Source: a virus (lineage: Duplodnaviria; Caudoviricetes). From it: a stretch of 64,000 nt of DNA. Below the pieces are notes generated by a model, which searched no databases, was not told the origin of the DNA, and worked only from the letters and a program-made list of their open reading frames with translations. Both the position numbers and the translations under genes were made by a program. The DNA is taken from positions 14,778 through 78,777 of IMG/VR virus record IMGVR_UViG_3300010151_000010. The stretch is one strand, 5' to 3'. Within the stretch, counting starts at the first letter, position 1; every line of letters begins with the position of its first letter. Shown in pieces: positions 49,242-58,305 of the stretch.

Positions 49242-49552
49242 AACGACGGGTCTTGGTAATACCGCCTATGTCCTATCCCGATTCCTCCACCCGGAGAACG
49301 TAGGGGCCAGCCTTTCTGCTTGAATCTCCCTGTCTTCCGCATTGAGTAGTATACGATATTCCCTTTTGGGTTAGGGTGATACTCGTAATCGAGGTTAGGC
49401 CATTTTCCACCTATGGTTTTCGCACTATCCTCTTGGACCGCTATTGTCTTAACAAGTCCATCTGCATTGAACTCCACTTCAATGATGGTAGCGGGGTATC
49501 GGTCCGAGCCAACACACATGGTCGCGCCCATTCCTACTTCGGGGGTAATCAA
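49238..49552 (-). CDS. Conserved phage-type hypothetical protein
   Basis: P.VGMGAT...SDRYP.TI...G.R.YY.DPSF pattern. Confidence 0.65.
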   Translation of the reverse strand: MITPEVGMGATMCVGSDRYPATIIEVEFNADGLVKTIAVQEDSAKTIGGKWPNLDYEYHPNPKGNIVYYSMRKTGRFKQKGWPLRSPGGGIGIGHRRYYQDPSF

Positions 49553-51252
49553 GCGACCACCTTTTGTTCTTCTTCCACTTTCTTAATGACGGGTCGCTTG
49601 TAATTGGTTGCACACTTTTTGGTAATATATTCGATATGCTCATCATACTCTTGAGGTGTGCCAAAGAGGATTGCTTGCATTATCTCGGTAGGATTAGGTG
49701 TGTTTTCGGGGTCTATATCCATCCCCATCTCAAGGCTATGGGCGGTCCTCATGACCGTGAAGGCTTTGTCTCCATCAACCTCTTCTATGCCTGCATTTCC
49801 ATTCCATGTTCTGCCTTCTTTGTTTACAGCACCACACTTACCTGCCATCATAGAAAGGAAGTTCTTGAACTTGTAAGCCTCTTGCTTGCTCTTGAATCTA
49901 TACGGGAGTCCTTTTGAGTTCCAAGAGTTTCCACCTATGTTTACGTAGTAAGTGTAAATCTTGTCTTCGATTGCAGGCGGTGTGGTGTAAACCGACTCGT
50001 TCCCCACACCACTCTTGTGTTGTGCCTCGACATATTTTTCGTTCGCCTTACCCGGAATCCACTTGAACTTAGCAATTTCAAACCCGTAGGATTGTTTAGA
50101 ATCATACTTTGTCCATTTCCAGCCATTTACGAGGTCATGCTCTTTACGATTCTTCTTACTTGTCTGTGCTATCCAAGCCTTCAATTGAGCAAGCCACTCC
50201 CAATTCTTCCATCTATATGTGACTGTGGAGGGTAGTATTCTGCCCGAAGTTTCGCTACGTTCTCCATCTCTTGCTACGCAGTTTAAGTTCCTTGATTGCA
50301 TACGCCTCAATGATTCCTTAATGTTCTTGATAACAAACTTAGGGTCGTTCTCCCATATACTGTTGGAGAGGCTTCTCGCTACCTTATCCCATAACACGAC
50401 TCTCTTAACCGCTATTTGATTTGTTTGCCACTTTCGGGCAATCATATCGTTGTTCCATCCTCGATACACTGAACCTACACCTGCTCCCCTATCCCATAAT
50501 TTCACAAACCTGTTATCGTTGATTACACCGTTCTCGATTTGCTTGATGAGAACCCATCCGGTATATGCTGGCTGGTCGTGGTGAGCGCACAATCTTGGTT
50601 TACCCGCTTTTTCGTGGCCTTCAGGGTATACCTCTCCCTTCCATTTGCACTCTCCAAGAGTATGATTGTAATCGAAAGGTACACTCTCACAACCCCACTT
50701 AGTGCTTTTGAGTTTCTTCTCTATCTGTATTCGCAGTGGAGCGAACTTCGGACTCATCAAGATTCCGTGTGCTTGTTCAACACTGAAGTTTGGTGTTCCC
50801 CTACATACACGGAAATCCCACGACTTTTTCAGTGTCTCAAGCAATCCTATTCCGTTTTGTCTCTGGATGCGCCATTTGATGATTCCTCCATCAACGAAGG
50901 GTGTTCTCCACTTTACAAGGCGGGCATCAACCTCGTCATGCCCGCATGATTCAACTCTTGGGTCTGGCACAGTGCCATATCCAACCATCTGAGTCATCAT
51001 AGCCGCCGCCATTTTCGTGTATTGATTAACCAAATCTTCGGCTTTCAAACTCACGCCCGGCCCCTTAGATGCGAGGCTAAACGCCACTGCCGCATCCATA
51101 GGCCAACACTTACCAATCGTATCTTTCGTCTTACCAATAGTGTGTGCTATCTCAATCTTATCGTCAGTAAACATCATATCGTCACCGACGATACCTGCTT
51201 TCTCATATTTTGCCCATGTGGACCAACCTTGTCTTTCTCCGCTCATATTCAT
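49549..51252 (-). CDS. Hypothetical protein (567 aa, Trp/Lys-rich)
   Basis: Long coupled ORF. Confidence 0.7.
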   Translation of the reverse strand: MNMSGERQGWSTWAKYEKAGIVGDDMMFTDDKIEIAHTIGKTKDTIGKCWPMDAAVAFSLASKGPGVSLKAEDLVNQYTKMAAAMMTQMVGYGTVPDPRVESCGHDEVDARLVKWRTPFVDGGIIKWRIQRQNGIGLLETLKKSWDFRVCRGTPNFSVEQAHGILMSPKFAPLRIQIEKKLKSTKWGCESVPFDYNHTLGECKWKGEVYPEGHEKAGKPRLCAHHDQPAYTGWVLIKQIENGVINDNRFVKLWDRGAGVGSVYRGWNNDMIARKWQTNQIAVKRVVLWDKVARSLSNSIWENDPKFVIKNIKESLRRMQSRNLNCVARDGERSETSGRILPSTVTYRWKNWEWLAQLKAWIAQTSKKNRKEHDLVNGWKWTKYDSKQSYGFEIAKFKWIPGKANEKYVEAQHKSGVGNESVYTTPPAIEDKIYTYYVNIGGNSWNSKGLPYRFKSKQEAYKFKNFLSMMAGKCGAVNKEGRTWNGNAGIEEVDGDKAFTVMRTAHSLEMGMDIDPENTPNPTEIMQAILFGTPQEYDEHIEYITKKCATNYKRPVIKKVEEEQKVVA

Positions 51253-51800
51253 ACCTCCTTCACTTCTAGTGCAACAATCGCATTCTTCTTGATAACCTGC
51301 ACTTCGTCCTTATCTGAGGGGGTTAATGAGGTCTGCAAGACCACGATTTGTTGAATGTTTTGTGTGTCATCTCTTAGCATAGGTGATGGACCAGCCTCGT
51401 ATATGCGGTTTATTCCACCATACCCGTAATTGTATGGAACTCCCTTGTTTTCCTTCATGCTGAATGCAATAATCTCAAAGTCCTTCTCTTTCTTGCGATA
51501 CCGTTTTAGCAACAATTTAATGTCGGCGTTGAATCTTATTATAGTCCATATACCTTTGAGGTAGGTGGTGTTCGTCTCACTATCCCAATACGTCTGCGAT
51601 TCGCCTCGACAAAAATCGACGTAGTATACGCTCGGCACGTGTATCTCTCCTGTTTCCTTATTACGGATTCCATAGAATCCCACCTGTCTCCCTCCTAAAG
51701 CAGAAATCCCCTTTCTCGCATTCCTCGCATTCCTACCTGTTTGGGGCGAGTGGAAGGCAGTTCCATCAATCATTTTCATTGTTTTCGTCATATTTCTCAT
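51249..51800 (-). CDS. Hypothetical protein
   Basis: The true start is probably 51800 or 51791, downstream of promoter copy 5. Confidence 0.6.
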   Translation of the reverse strand: MRNMTKTMKMIDGTAFHSPQTGRNARNARKGISALGGRQVGFYGIRNKETGEIHVPSVYYVDFCRGESQTYWDSETNTTYLKGIWTIIRFNADIKLLLKRYRKKEKDFEIIAFSMKENKGVPYNYGYGGINRIYEAGPSPMLRDDTQNIQQIVVLQTSLTPSDKDEVQVIKKNAIVALEVKEV

Positions 51801-51808
51801 TCTCCTAT

Positions 51809-51831
51809 TACTATCTTCGTTTAAATACCAA
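51809..51831 (-). promoter_or_regulatory. 23-nt promoter element (copy 5)
   Basis: Exact copy with 38-bp extended identity (51794-51831). Confidence 0.85.
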
Positions 51832-51835
51832 ACCT

Positions 51836-52417
51836 TCATTCTAATGGTTTAACGAAGTAAATCTCCGCTCCCACTTGGGGTGTTTGTTCGGTAATCTTCA
51901 TCAGTGTCTCGACAGGCATATCTATGCACGAAGGGAGCATCATCACGTCCTCCATATCCCAAAATCCTGCTAATGCGCCATCCCACGCCGCTCTATGAAA
52001 TGCAGGCGTAGTCAGTTTTGCGTGCTTCTCTTCTAAGGTAGGTTGTCCATTCTTGTCGGTGAAGAAGACCCACACGCCTTGATTGTATACCTTCATAATG
52101 CCGGGGTCTGTTCGCATCTGTAATCCAAGTGCTGAGAAGAATGCCATAGGTAGGTCATGTATCTCCGCTAATTCTTCCCACAACATGAACATAGTCAATG
52201 GGTCCGTAAGTGTCTCAATTGGTGGCATATGTGTTATCCAACCAAAGTGCTGAAGGCGACTATCATCACACATACGCTGGAAGCGTCTAAAGGACTTACG
52301 TCTATCTGTAATCATTTTAGCAGTCTTCGGGGGTATGGGGAAGTCCTTACCTAACTCGTTGTTGAGTGTCTGCAAGGTGTCTGCAATCTTGGCTACTGTA
52401 TCATTCTCAAACTTCAT
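51836..52417 (-). CDS. Hypothetical protein
   Basis: Coupled ORF. Confidence 0.6.
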   Translation of the reverse strand: MKFENDTVAKIADTLQTLNNELGKDFPIPPKTAKMITDRRKSFRRFQRMCDDSRLQHFGWITHMPPIETLTDPLTMFMLWEELAEIHDLPMAFFSALGLQMRTDPGIMKVYNQGVWVFFTDKNGQPTLEEKHAKLTTPAFHRAAWDGALAGFWDMEDVMMLPSCIDMPVETLMKITEQTPQVGAEIYFVKPLE

Positions 52418-52656
52418 TCGTTCCCCTCCGCTTGAATTATGTTTTTCCATGCGTTCATGATTTCTTTGCGGTGAGCGTGGTTAGTATCAATCACGGTGAA
52501 TATGGTTCCATTCTTCATATGCACATCTATGTTGAAGTTCTCCCTATTAGGTAGGTGACAAACTATTGCACACACCTGCCTAAAATCAATCCATGATTCT
52601 CCACTTGAGGTATTTAAGCGATAGAGCATCCATGTCGGATAACCGGTATCGCTCAT
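52414..52656 (-). CDS. Hypothetical protein
   Basis: Coupled ORF. Confidence 0.55.
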   Translation of the reverse strand: MSDTGYPTWMLYRLNTSSGESWIDFRQVCAIVCHLPNRENFNIDVHMKNGTIFTVIDTNHAHRKEIMNAWKNIIQAEGNE

Positions 52657-53099
52657 TCCTCTTCCCCCTCTATAAATAGTCCAACATCTAGGTTAAGCGT
52701 TTCTTCCGGCACATACGGGTCAGTGTCTGTGTCTTGTATGAATCCAGCCTTCTTAGCGAAAGTCAGCACTCTCTTTACCCCCTCAGAAAGAGGGTGTAAT
52801 CCCAACATAGCACCTTGTGGGTGGTTGGCGGGCGTGCCGGGAATGAACATCTGCATCACTCCATTTGCATACCTGTATATGGTGAAAGGCGTGTATAGCA
52901 GTTCACCGGATGCCGCCGACTTGAGGACAGGAGGTTGCTCTCGCAACCACATACTGACCTCCATCGTAGTCCTCATTTTCTCCGCAATTCCATACTCTCT
53001 CCCCATTTGGGTATTCCCTGATACACCTTGTATGTGCATCAGTTCGTCGTCGTAATTGCACTTCACTTGCATTCTTTCTTCTTCCATCATTGTTTCCAT
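52653..53099 (-). CDS. Hypothetical protein
   Basis: Coupled ORF. Confidence 0.6.
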   Translation of the reverse strand: METMMEEERMQVKCNYDDELMHIQGVSGNTQMGREYGIAEKMRTTMEVSMWLREQPPVLKSAASGELLYTPFTIYRYANGVMQMFIPGTPANHPQGAMLGLHPLSEGVKRVLTFAKKAGFIQDTDTDPYVPEETLNLDVGLFIEGEEE

Positions 53100-53101
53100 T
53101 T

Positions 53102-54400
53102 TCAGTCCTCCGATTCTATTTCTTCGTTTGTTGCTCGCTCATACATGTCGTGGCCCATGAGTCTTTCAAAGTCATCTTCCACTTCGCCTCTCTTGCGCTT
53201 CTCTCTATATGCGTCGAGTTTTGTATCGTTAGGGTGGTGCTTCTTTGGCCCTCTATTTGTGTAATCATGTGGGGTATGCTTATTCTTCTTCTTGAACTTC
53301 CTCTCGGTCTTTCTCATCTGTCCGTATATTTTACTCACTGAGACGAGTTCATCCTTTTCATCAAGAGTTATCCACCATGTAGGTTGCCAAACTGTATTGA
53401 TTTTAATTTCAGTTCCGAGATGCTCGCCGTCGGCATCCTCCACATCTCTTACCTGCATGTGTCTATTCCGTGCGATTGCTTTGAGCGATATTTTATCATC
53501 ATACATTTCAATAGGATGCCACATCTGATTAGTGTGAGTGCATAGAGTGAGTTCATAACCTTCTAACAATTCTATATCTGCTTGCATGATTGCTGACGAG
53601 CCACAAGTTCGACAAGGTATGTTCATATCTTCTTCCGAGGTTCGTCTCCATTCATAGTCAAGGCAATCGTCGCACTTAGTGAGCGTCCAATTCTTCTTGA
53701 TTGGGTCATCGTAGTGTTCCCGCTTGCGCCCCTTACCTTTCTGGGGCTTCGGTTTACCCCGTCGCTTTCTTTCGTTCTCACGAATCTGAGCGTCCATTTC
53801 ATCGTCGGTCATAAGCGCAGAATCATCAAAATCCACTCCAGCCCATGTGTTTGTCTGCACCGAAGTCATCGCTTTGCCTTCAGTAAGGCCACAACAGTCT
53901 GCAACGTAGGTTTGTTGTTGCTTGGATTCGACTGCGTGTTTGCAGTATAATTCTCGGATAAACGCGATGAGTTCTGCCGCATCCTTCCACGTGTGGTCCT
54001 TTTCTGGTATCAATTTGTGCGCAAGAATAGCCAATTGAACTCCTGTCCTCCCATGTCCTCCCATGCACTGAGTGGAGATGGTGGTAATCTTCTTACTCTC
54101 TATGTCCTCCACCAACGCATCCCACCACGATGGTCCGAGGTTCTTTGGTATGCCGTAGTCGGGCCAATCAATTTCCATCACTACTGTTGGTATTTTTCCA
54201 ATGACGTTATCTGATGACTTCCATCCCTTCGGTAGCAGGTCTGCTGTTTTATTCGATGTAATCACGCCTAACGGACCCATCGCTAAATCGGGCTTGTTGG
54301 GCATTCTATGCCACCCACCTTCTCGATTTGTTCCACCTGCATATACCTTCACTGTGCCGGTGTTAAACACCAACGGATTTTTCTTATGGCAACCACTCAT
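53102..54400 (-). CDS. Cys-dependent (PTP/dual-specificity) phosphatase with a C-terminal Zn-finger extension
   Basis: WPD loop IDWPDYGIP, P-loop CMGGHGRTG (CX5R), Q loop AVESKQQ, later CDDC/CRTC. Confidence 0.9.
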   Translation of the reverse strand: MSGCHKKNPLVFNTGTVKVYAGGTNREGGWHRMPNKPDLAMGPLGVITSNKTADLLPKGWKSSDNVIGKIPTVVMEIDWPDYGIPKNLGPSWWDALVEDIESKKITTISTQCMGGHGRTGVQLAILAHKLIPEKDHTWKDAAELIAFIRELYCKHAVESKQQQTYVADCCGLTEGKAMTSVQTNTWAGVDFDDSALMTDDEMDAQIRENERKRRGKPKPQKGKGRKREHYDDPIKKNWTLTKCDDCLDYEWRRTSEEDMNIPCRTCGSSAIMQADIELLEGYELTLCTHTNQMWHPIEMYDDKISLKAIARNRHMQVRDVEDADGEHLGTEIKINTVWQPTWWITLDEKDELVSVSKIYGQMRKTERKFKKKNKHTPHDYTNRGPKKHHPNDTKLDAYREKRKRGEVEDDFERLMGHDMYERATNEEIESED

Positions 54401-56829
54401 TCTGTTTCCTCCTTCAATATCACTAATACCGCATCAGTCCATTCGGGGTTATCACCCATCTGATTCTTAGCGAACTTAGTTAGTAATTCTGAGAGCATGG
54501 GGTAGGTAGGGTCTTGATTGTTTAGTGCGTTCCATGCACCTACCCACATCTTCGGCGTCACCTCAGAATACTTCTTATCTCTCAGTAATTGAGACACTGC
54601 ATACGCATCTATACCGGATTTGTTGGTATCTGAATCAACCATGAATGCTTCGGGGAACATAGGAGTGAGAAGTATGGCGGTTGCATCCTTTCCGTATTTG
54701 AGTTTCATAACGAGAACGTCGTTATCTTTACAGTGTTTACACTCATCAATCCCACAGGGGATGAAATTGTTTGACTGAGTATATTTGTTTCCTAAGTGCA
54801 TGAGTTTAGGTCCACACTCTATGGCTGCATTTCGCAAGCCCGCCGGTATATTTGTGTCATAGGCTATGAAGTGTTGTCGCCAATAATTCGCACCCTTACC
54901 CTTGAGGAAATTGAACATAAGTAGCCAATCAGTAGGTGGAGGTGAACACTTGTCGTTTTGCGCTCCGTCCATGAATAGTCTCGCTAATTCATACGTTCGG
55001 AACATGGAACTAAGGCCGTGTGTATTGTGAGGGAATAGTCCATTCGTCTTGGGGTTGCCCTTAGAATCCTTACCCGGATGCGCACTTGAATAGTCAAATG
55101 CCCTTTGGTCGAGGAACTTCCCATAGAGGAACCCGTTGTTGTGTTCGGCATTCTTAGCGTTATTGACTACGCCCATGAGTTCTTGGAGGGATTCTTCGTC
55201 GGGTGATTTAGTGAACTCTATTACTGCGTTGCACACATTCACTCCGTGTTGAGCGCATTCACTCCATGCCTTACCACCATAAGCACCAGACCATCCTGTT
55301 TTGAAATTGACTACGCACCATTGTAGTGCAGCCTTCAATTCAAGGAAATCCACATTCATTCTCTCCATAGCCATGTAGTAGTGCTTTCTCTCGTTTCCAC
55401 TTGCTACGCCAAGTGAACCCTCTTTACCGTTGTAGTCTTCTTTAAGTTCCTTCCAATTGTGTGTGCCAACCATAGCAGTTAAGGTAGGCCACAGGTCCAC
55501 CATAGCGTTCTTCTTGAGTGACTTAGCATACCTCATTTCACCCAGACATAGTGCGAGTATACCTTTAGCCATCCAACCAACAAAACCACCGGCAAGGAAA
55601 GCACCTGCCTTCCCATTGTAATTCATACCAGCCCACTGATGGAAGAAGTGACCGAGCCAACCCTGCTGTCTTTGCCAATGAGTCTGGCTCCTACTCAATC
55701 CCGCCTTGAATGATTCCACATACTCCGGCGCACATGGGTCGTATGGTTGAGCCTCAATTGGGGTCATTCCTTCCAAGTAATATGCGCCCCAAGACGGAGA
55801 GCCTTCAACCCATATCTCTCCTTCATTTACCTCACCTACTATGTAGGGGATTCCATGTTGTCTTGCATGAGCGCAAACGTGAGACATAAGAGAGCCATCG
55901 GGGTGTGATATAACGAACCCTTCCGGCATGGTTTCCTTATTCACCTTCTCTTCTAACTCTTGCATTTCTTCTAATCCGGTAGCCACATACGCTTGCTTAA
56001 CTACGACTGTGCCGCCGGGTATAGCGACGTCCACCGTAGCGATTCTCGTGTTTCCATTAGCGTCCACGAAGGAGAACGGAGATGCTCTCGGTGCATGAGG
56101 TGGTGCGCCACGAATCTGTGTAATGTATGCTTGAGGGCCACTTGACTTTGCGACCTTGAAGTTTTCATCACGCTGATAAACAAACTCCATCTCATACTCT
56201 CCATGCTTATGGCCGATAGATGCCATGTGTTCAGTCATCAGTGTATCGTCGGGATTCAGTATGAAGTAAAGCACTCTTCCCCACCCCGCCGTGATACCGT
56301 CGTGTCCTTCGCTGATTGCTGCGTATTCCTGTGGTCCGAGAACTGAAGATGATGTAGCACTGACGAATGGTTGTAGTATCATACACCCATTGGGGTCATG
56401 CTCTAACATCTTATCACGCAAGTTTTTCCAATCTTCTCTTAGCGACTCTTCTTTTACTTGAATGGACTCAAGAACGCCATGCCTCGCAAACTCAGGACAG
56501 GCTCGCAAGAATGCTATACCTTTACCATCAAAGTCATGTGCCATGACACGCTTATACGATGCTTCGACTATATCGTAGTCATCATCCAATAGTATCACTT
56601 CAGTCATGGGGGCTTTCCACTTTGCCTTACCCTGTTTATATGATTGCACATACTTGAGGAACGACTTGGCCTTCTGAGATTTAGTCAATGCAAGACGAGC
56701 AGTTGTAACTGTTTCAGCAAGCGTCTTTCCACTCGCCTTCTCTTCTTGCACTTCGTCAGACATTTCATCCCAAATAGACGCAAACAGGTCCGTCGCATCC
56801 ATCTTTTCATACTTCTTTTCAATCGTCAT
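54397..56829 (-). CDS. PEP-synthase/PPDK-like dikinase: ATP-grasp-like domain + phospho-His swivel domain + unknown C-terminal domain
   Basis: GSLMSHVCAHARQHGIPYI matches the swivel-domain signature G..tSHaAi.ARe.GIP. Upstream FLRAC, ILQPFV..SSSV, EGHDGITAG and MEFVY..YITQIR parallel the PPDK nucleotide-binding motifs. Confidence 0.75.
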   Translation of the reverse strand: MTIEKKYEKMDATDLFASIWDEMSDEVQEEKASGKTLAETVTTARLALTKSQKAKSFLKYVQSYKQGKAKWKAPMTEVILLDDDYDIVEASYKRVMAHDFDGKGIAFLRACPEFARHGVLESIQVKEESLREDWKNLRDKMLEHDPNGCMILQPFVSATSSSVLGPQEYAAISEGHDGITAGWGRVLYFILNPDDTLMTEHMASIGHKHGEYEMEFVYQRDENFKVAKSSGPQAYITQIRGAPPHAPRASPFSFVDANGNTRIATVDVAIPGGTVVVKQAYVATGLEEMQELEEKVNKETMPEGFVISHPDGSLMSHVCAHARQHGIPYIVGEVNEGEIWVEGSPSWGAYYLEGMTPIEAQPYDPCAPEYVESFKAGLSRSQTHWQRQQGWLGHFFHQWAGMNYNGKAGAFLAGGFVGWMAKGILALCLGEMRYAKSLKKNAMVDLWPTLTAMVGTHNWKELKEDYNGKEGSLGVASGNERKHYYMAMERMNVDFLELKAALQWCVVNFKTGWSGAYGGKAWSECAQHGVNVCNAVIEFTKSPDEESLQELMGVVNNAKNAEHNNGFLYGKFLDQRAFDYSSAHPGKDSKGNPKTNGLFPHNTHGLSSMFRTYELARLFMDGAQNDKCSPPPTDWLLMFNFLKGKGANYWRQHFIAYDTNIPAGLRNAAIECGPKLMHLGNKYTQSNNFIPCGIDECKHCKDNDVLVMKLKYGKDATAILLTPMFPEAFMVDSDTNKSGIDAYAVSQLLRDKKYSEVTPKMWVGAWNALNNQDPTYPMLSELLTKFAKNQMGDNPEWTDAVLVILKEETE

Positions 56830-56854
56830 CTTTCCATCTCCACTGTTTTCACTA

Positions 56855-56877
56855 TACTATCTTCGTTTAAATACCAA
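56855..56877 (-). promoter_or_regulatory. 23-nt promoter element (copy 6)
   Basis: Exact copy directly upstream of the dikinase gene. Confidence 0.85.
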
Positions 56878-56906
56878 AGCCAATTATTCAGTTTATTTTT
56901 CAACAT

Positions 56907-57110
56907 TCATTCTTCCTCCCCTAGTCGTTTCTTTATGGCTGTCGTGCCAAAATAATAGGATTCCCCGTCTTGAAGTGTCGGAACGCTCTTTACTCTCGGC
57001 GGAGGATGTTCCGTTTCAACATCCTTAATTGGAATATCAGGGTGATTCACGCCCAACCATACCTTGAGTCCTTTGCAGGGCATACACCACGAAGCCGACC
57101 ACACAATCAT
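56907..57110 (-). CDS. Glutaredoxin/thioredoxin-like protein
   Basis: WCMPC active site and SVPTL cis-Pro motif. Confidence 0.85.
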   Translation of the reverse strand: MIVWSASWCMPCKGLKVWLGVNHPDIPIKDVETEHPPPRVKSVPTLQDGESYYFGTTAIKKRLGEEE

Positions 57111-57427
57111 TCTTCTTCACGCTCCCAATGTCCTGATTCGTATCGGACTAAGTGCATATCTTCCTCGCCTATATTCTTAACGGCCCACTCATACGCGGCG
57201 TTTTCATCTGCTTTATCTAATAGTCGCCATAGGTCTTTCACCCATGCCTCAAGTATCTCAATATCGTTCATCTGATTGATTATTTCCACCAAGTATGTAA
57301 CTACTTCACGATGTTCCTCATCGAATACTGCTATGGTTTCTGTACCTTCGTCTGTGGATTTGAATAAAGTCACCGCACCATCTAAGTCGTCTATTTGTAG
57401 TTCTTCGTATTTGTCTATGTCTATCAT
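57107..57427 (-). CDS. MIDxDKY-family protein
   Basis: MIDIDKYEEL..., C-terminal WAVKNIGEEDM. Confidence 0.65.
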   Translation of the reverse strand: MIDIDKYEELQIDDLDGAVTLFKSTDEGTETIAVFDEEHREVVTYLVEIINQMNDIEILEAWVKDLWRLLDKADENAAYEWAVKNIGEEDMHLVRYESGHWEREEE

Positions 57428-57643
57428 TCAATCATCTCCTTTTAGTATTGTTTTTATGCGGTTTAACATGCGCCACTTATCAGTTTTCTTTGTGTCAAAA
57501 TCACTTACTATCTCTTGTAGCCCTTCACGCAATCGTTTGATTTCTGCTTGTAGGTCTTTGTGTTCATTACAAACATCTTCCCAATCATGGTGATTCATCT
57601 TATACCAATCTTCAATCGTTAGTTCTTCGTATTTGTCAATCAT
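57428..57643 (-). CDS. MIDxDKY-family protein
   Basis: MIDKYEEL...LQAEIKRLR. Confidence 0.65.
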   Translation of the reverse strand: MIDKYEELTIEDWYKMNHHDWEDVCNEHKDLQAEIKRLREGLQEIVSDFDTKKTDKWRMLNRIKTILKGDD

Positions 57644-57975
57644 TCGGTTGCCTCCTGATTCCACCATATCATTTCCTGTTCGCCAATGTTATTGATTGCC
57701 CAATTGAAGCCATCATCTTCGTCCAACATAGCATGAAGTTGCTTCACCATACGTCGTGCATCAATCAGCAAGTCGAGCAGTAGTGGTGCGTCTGCCATGA
57801 GTTGTGCATCAGCGTATGTGTGTTCTCCTAACATCTTAGCAATCCTACCTTGCGCGCCGTATGGTGGGGCAACAATGTATATCCTGTAATCACCATCTTC
57901 CGTATCCGCTTCTCGTTTGTATTTCCACGGCCCTTCTGTGATTTTCGCCTTATGGTATTTGTCTATGTCAATCAT
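57640..57975 (-). CDS. MIDxDKY-family protein
   Basis: MIDIDKY..ITEGPW...LMADAPLLL...WAINNIGEQEM. Confidence 0.7.
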   Translation of the reverse strand: MIDIDKYHKAKITEGPWKYKREADTEDGDYRIYIVAPPYGAQGRIAKMLGEHTYADAQLMADAPLLLDLLIDARRMVKQLHAMLDEDDGFNWAINNIGEQEMIWWNQEATE

Positions 57976-58148
57976 TCTTCTTCTTCCTCCTTGTATTGAT
58001 GTAGTGTACCTATGTATCGTACACCATCAAGTGTCATGTCAATCATTAGAGTATCATCTTGCACTTCGCAATTACGTATGCGCCCCTTACCTATGCAGTT
58101 TGTTCTATCGCTCCACCTTGCGAAGTTAATCCATTTATCTATTTTCAT
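57972..58148 (-). CDS. Hypothetical protein (58 aa, MKIDKWINFARW...KEEEEE)
   Basis: Translated by hand, first ORF after promoter copy 7, ATGA-coupled. Confidence 0.55.
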   Translation of the reverse strand: MKIDKWINFARWSDRTNCIGKGRIRNCEVQDDTLMIDMTLDGVRYIGTLHQYKEEEEE

Positions 58149-58167
58149 ATTATTCTCATTCTCCTAT

Positions 58168-58190
58168 TACTATCTTCGTTTAAATACCAA
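58168..58190 (-). promoter_or_regulatory. 23-nt promoter element (copy 7)
   Basis: Exact copy with 38-bp extended identity (58153-58190). Confidence 0.85.
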
Positions 58191-58305
58191 AGGTTCTTCA
58201 ACACCAAAAAACGACTATCATCAAATACCATGCGCATACACAAGTATACACATAGACTACCGTAAGAGTATATGGTTATCACAACAATCACATCCGTAGT
58301 CTATA

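Noticed and set aside
51801-51839. ORF-track N-terminal extension MKVWYLNEDSNRR
   Set aside because: It is a read-through of the promoter element; the start is more plausibly at 51800 or 51791
26726-58190. 23-nt repeats plus the Cas4-like gene as a CRISPR system
   Set aside because: Copies are 1.3-10.8 kb apart with genes between them and have no spacer periodicity. Solo Cas4-like nucleases are common in archaeal viruses and no other cas genes are present.
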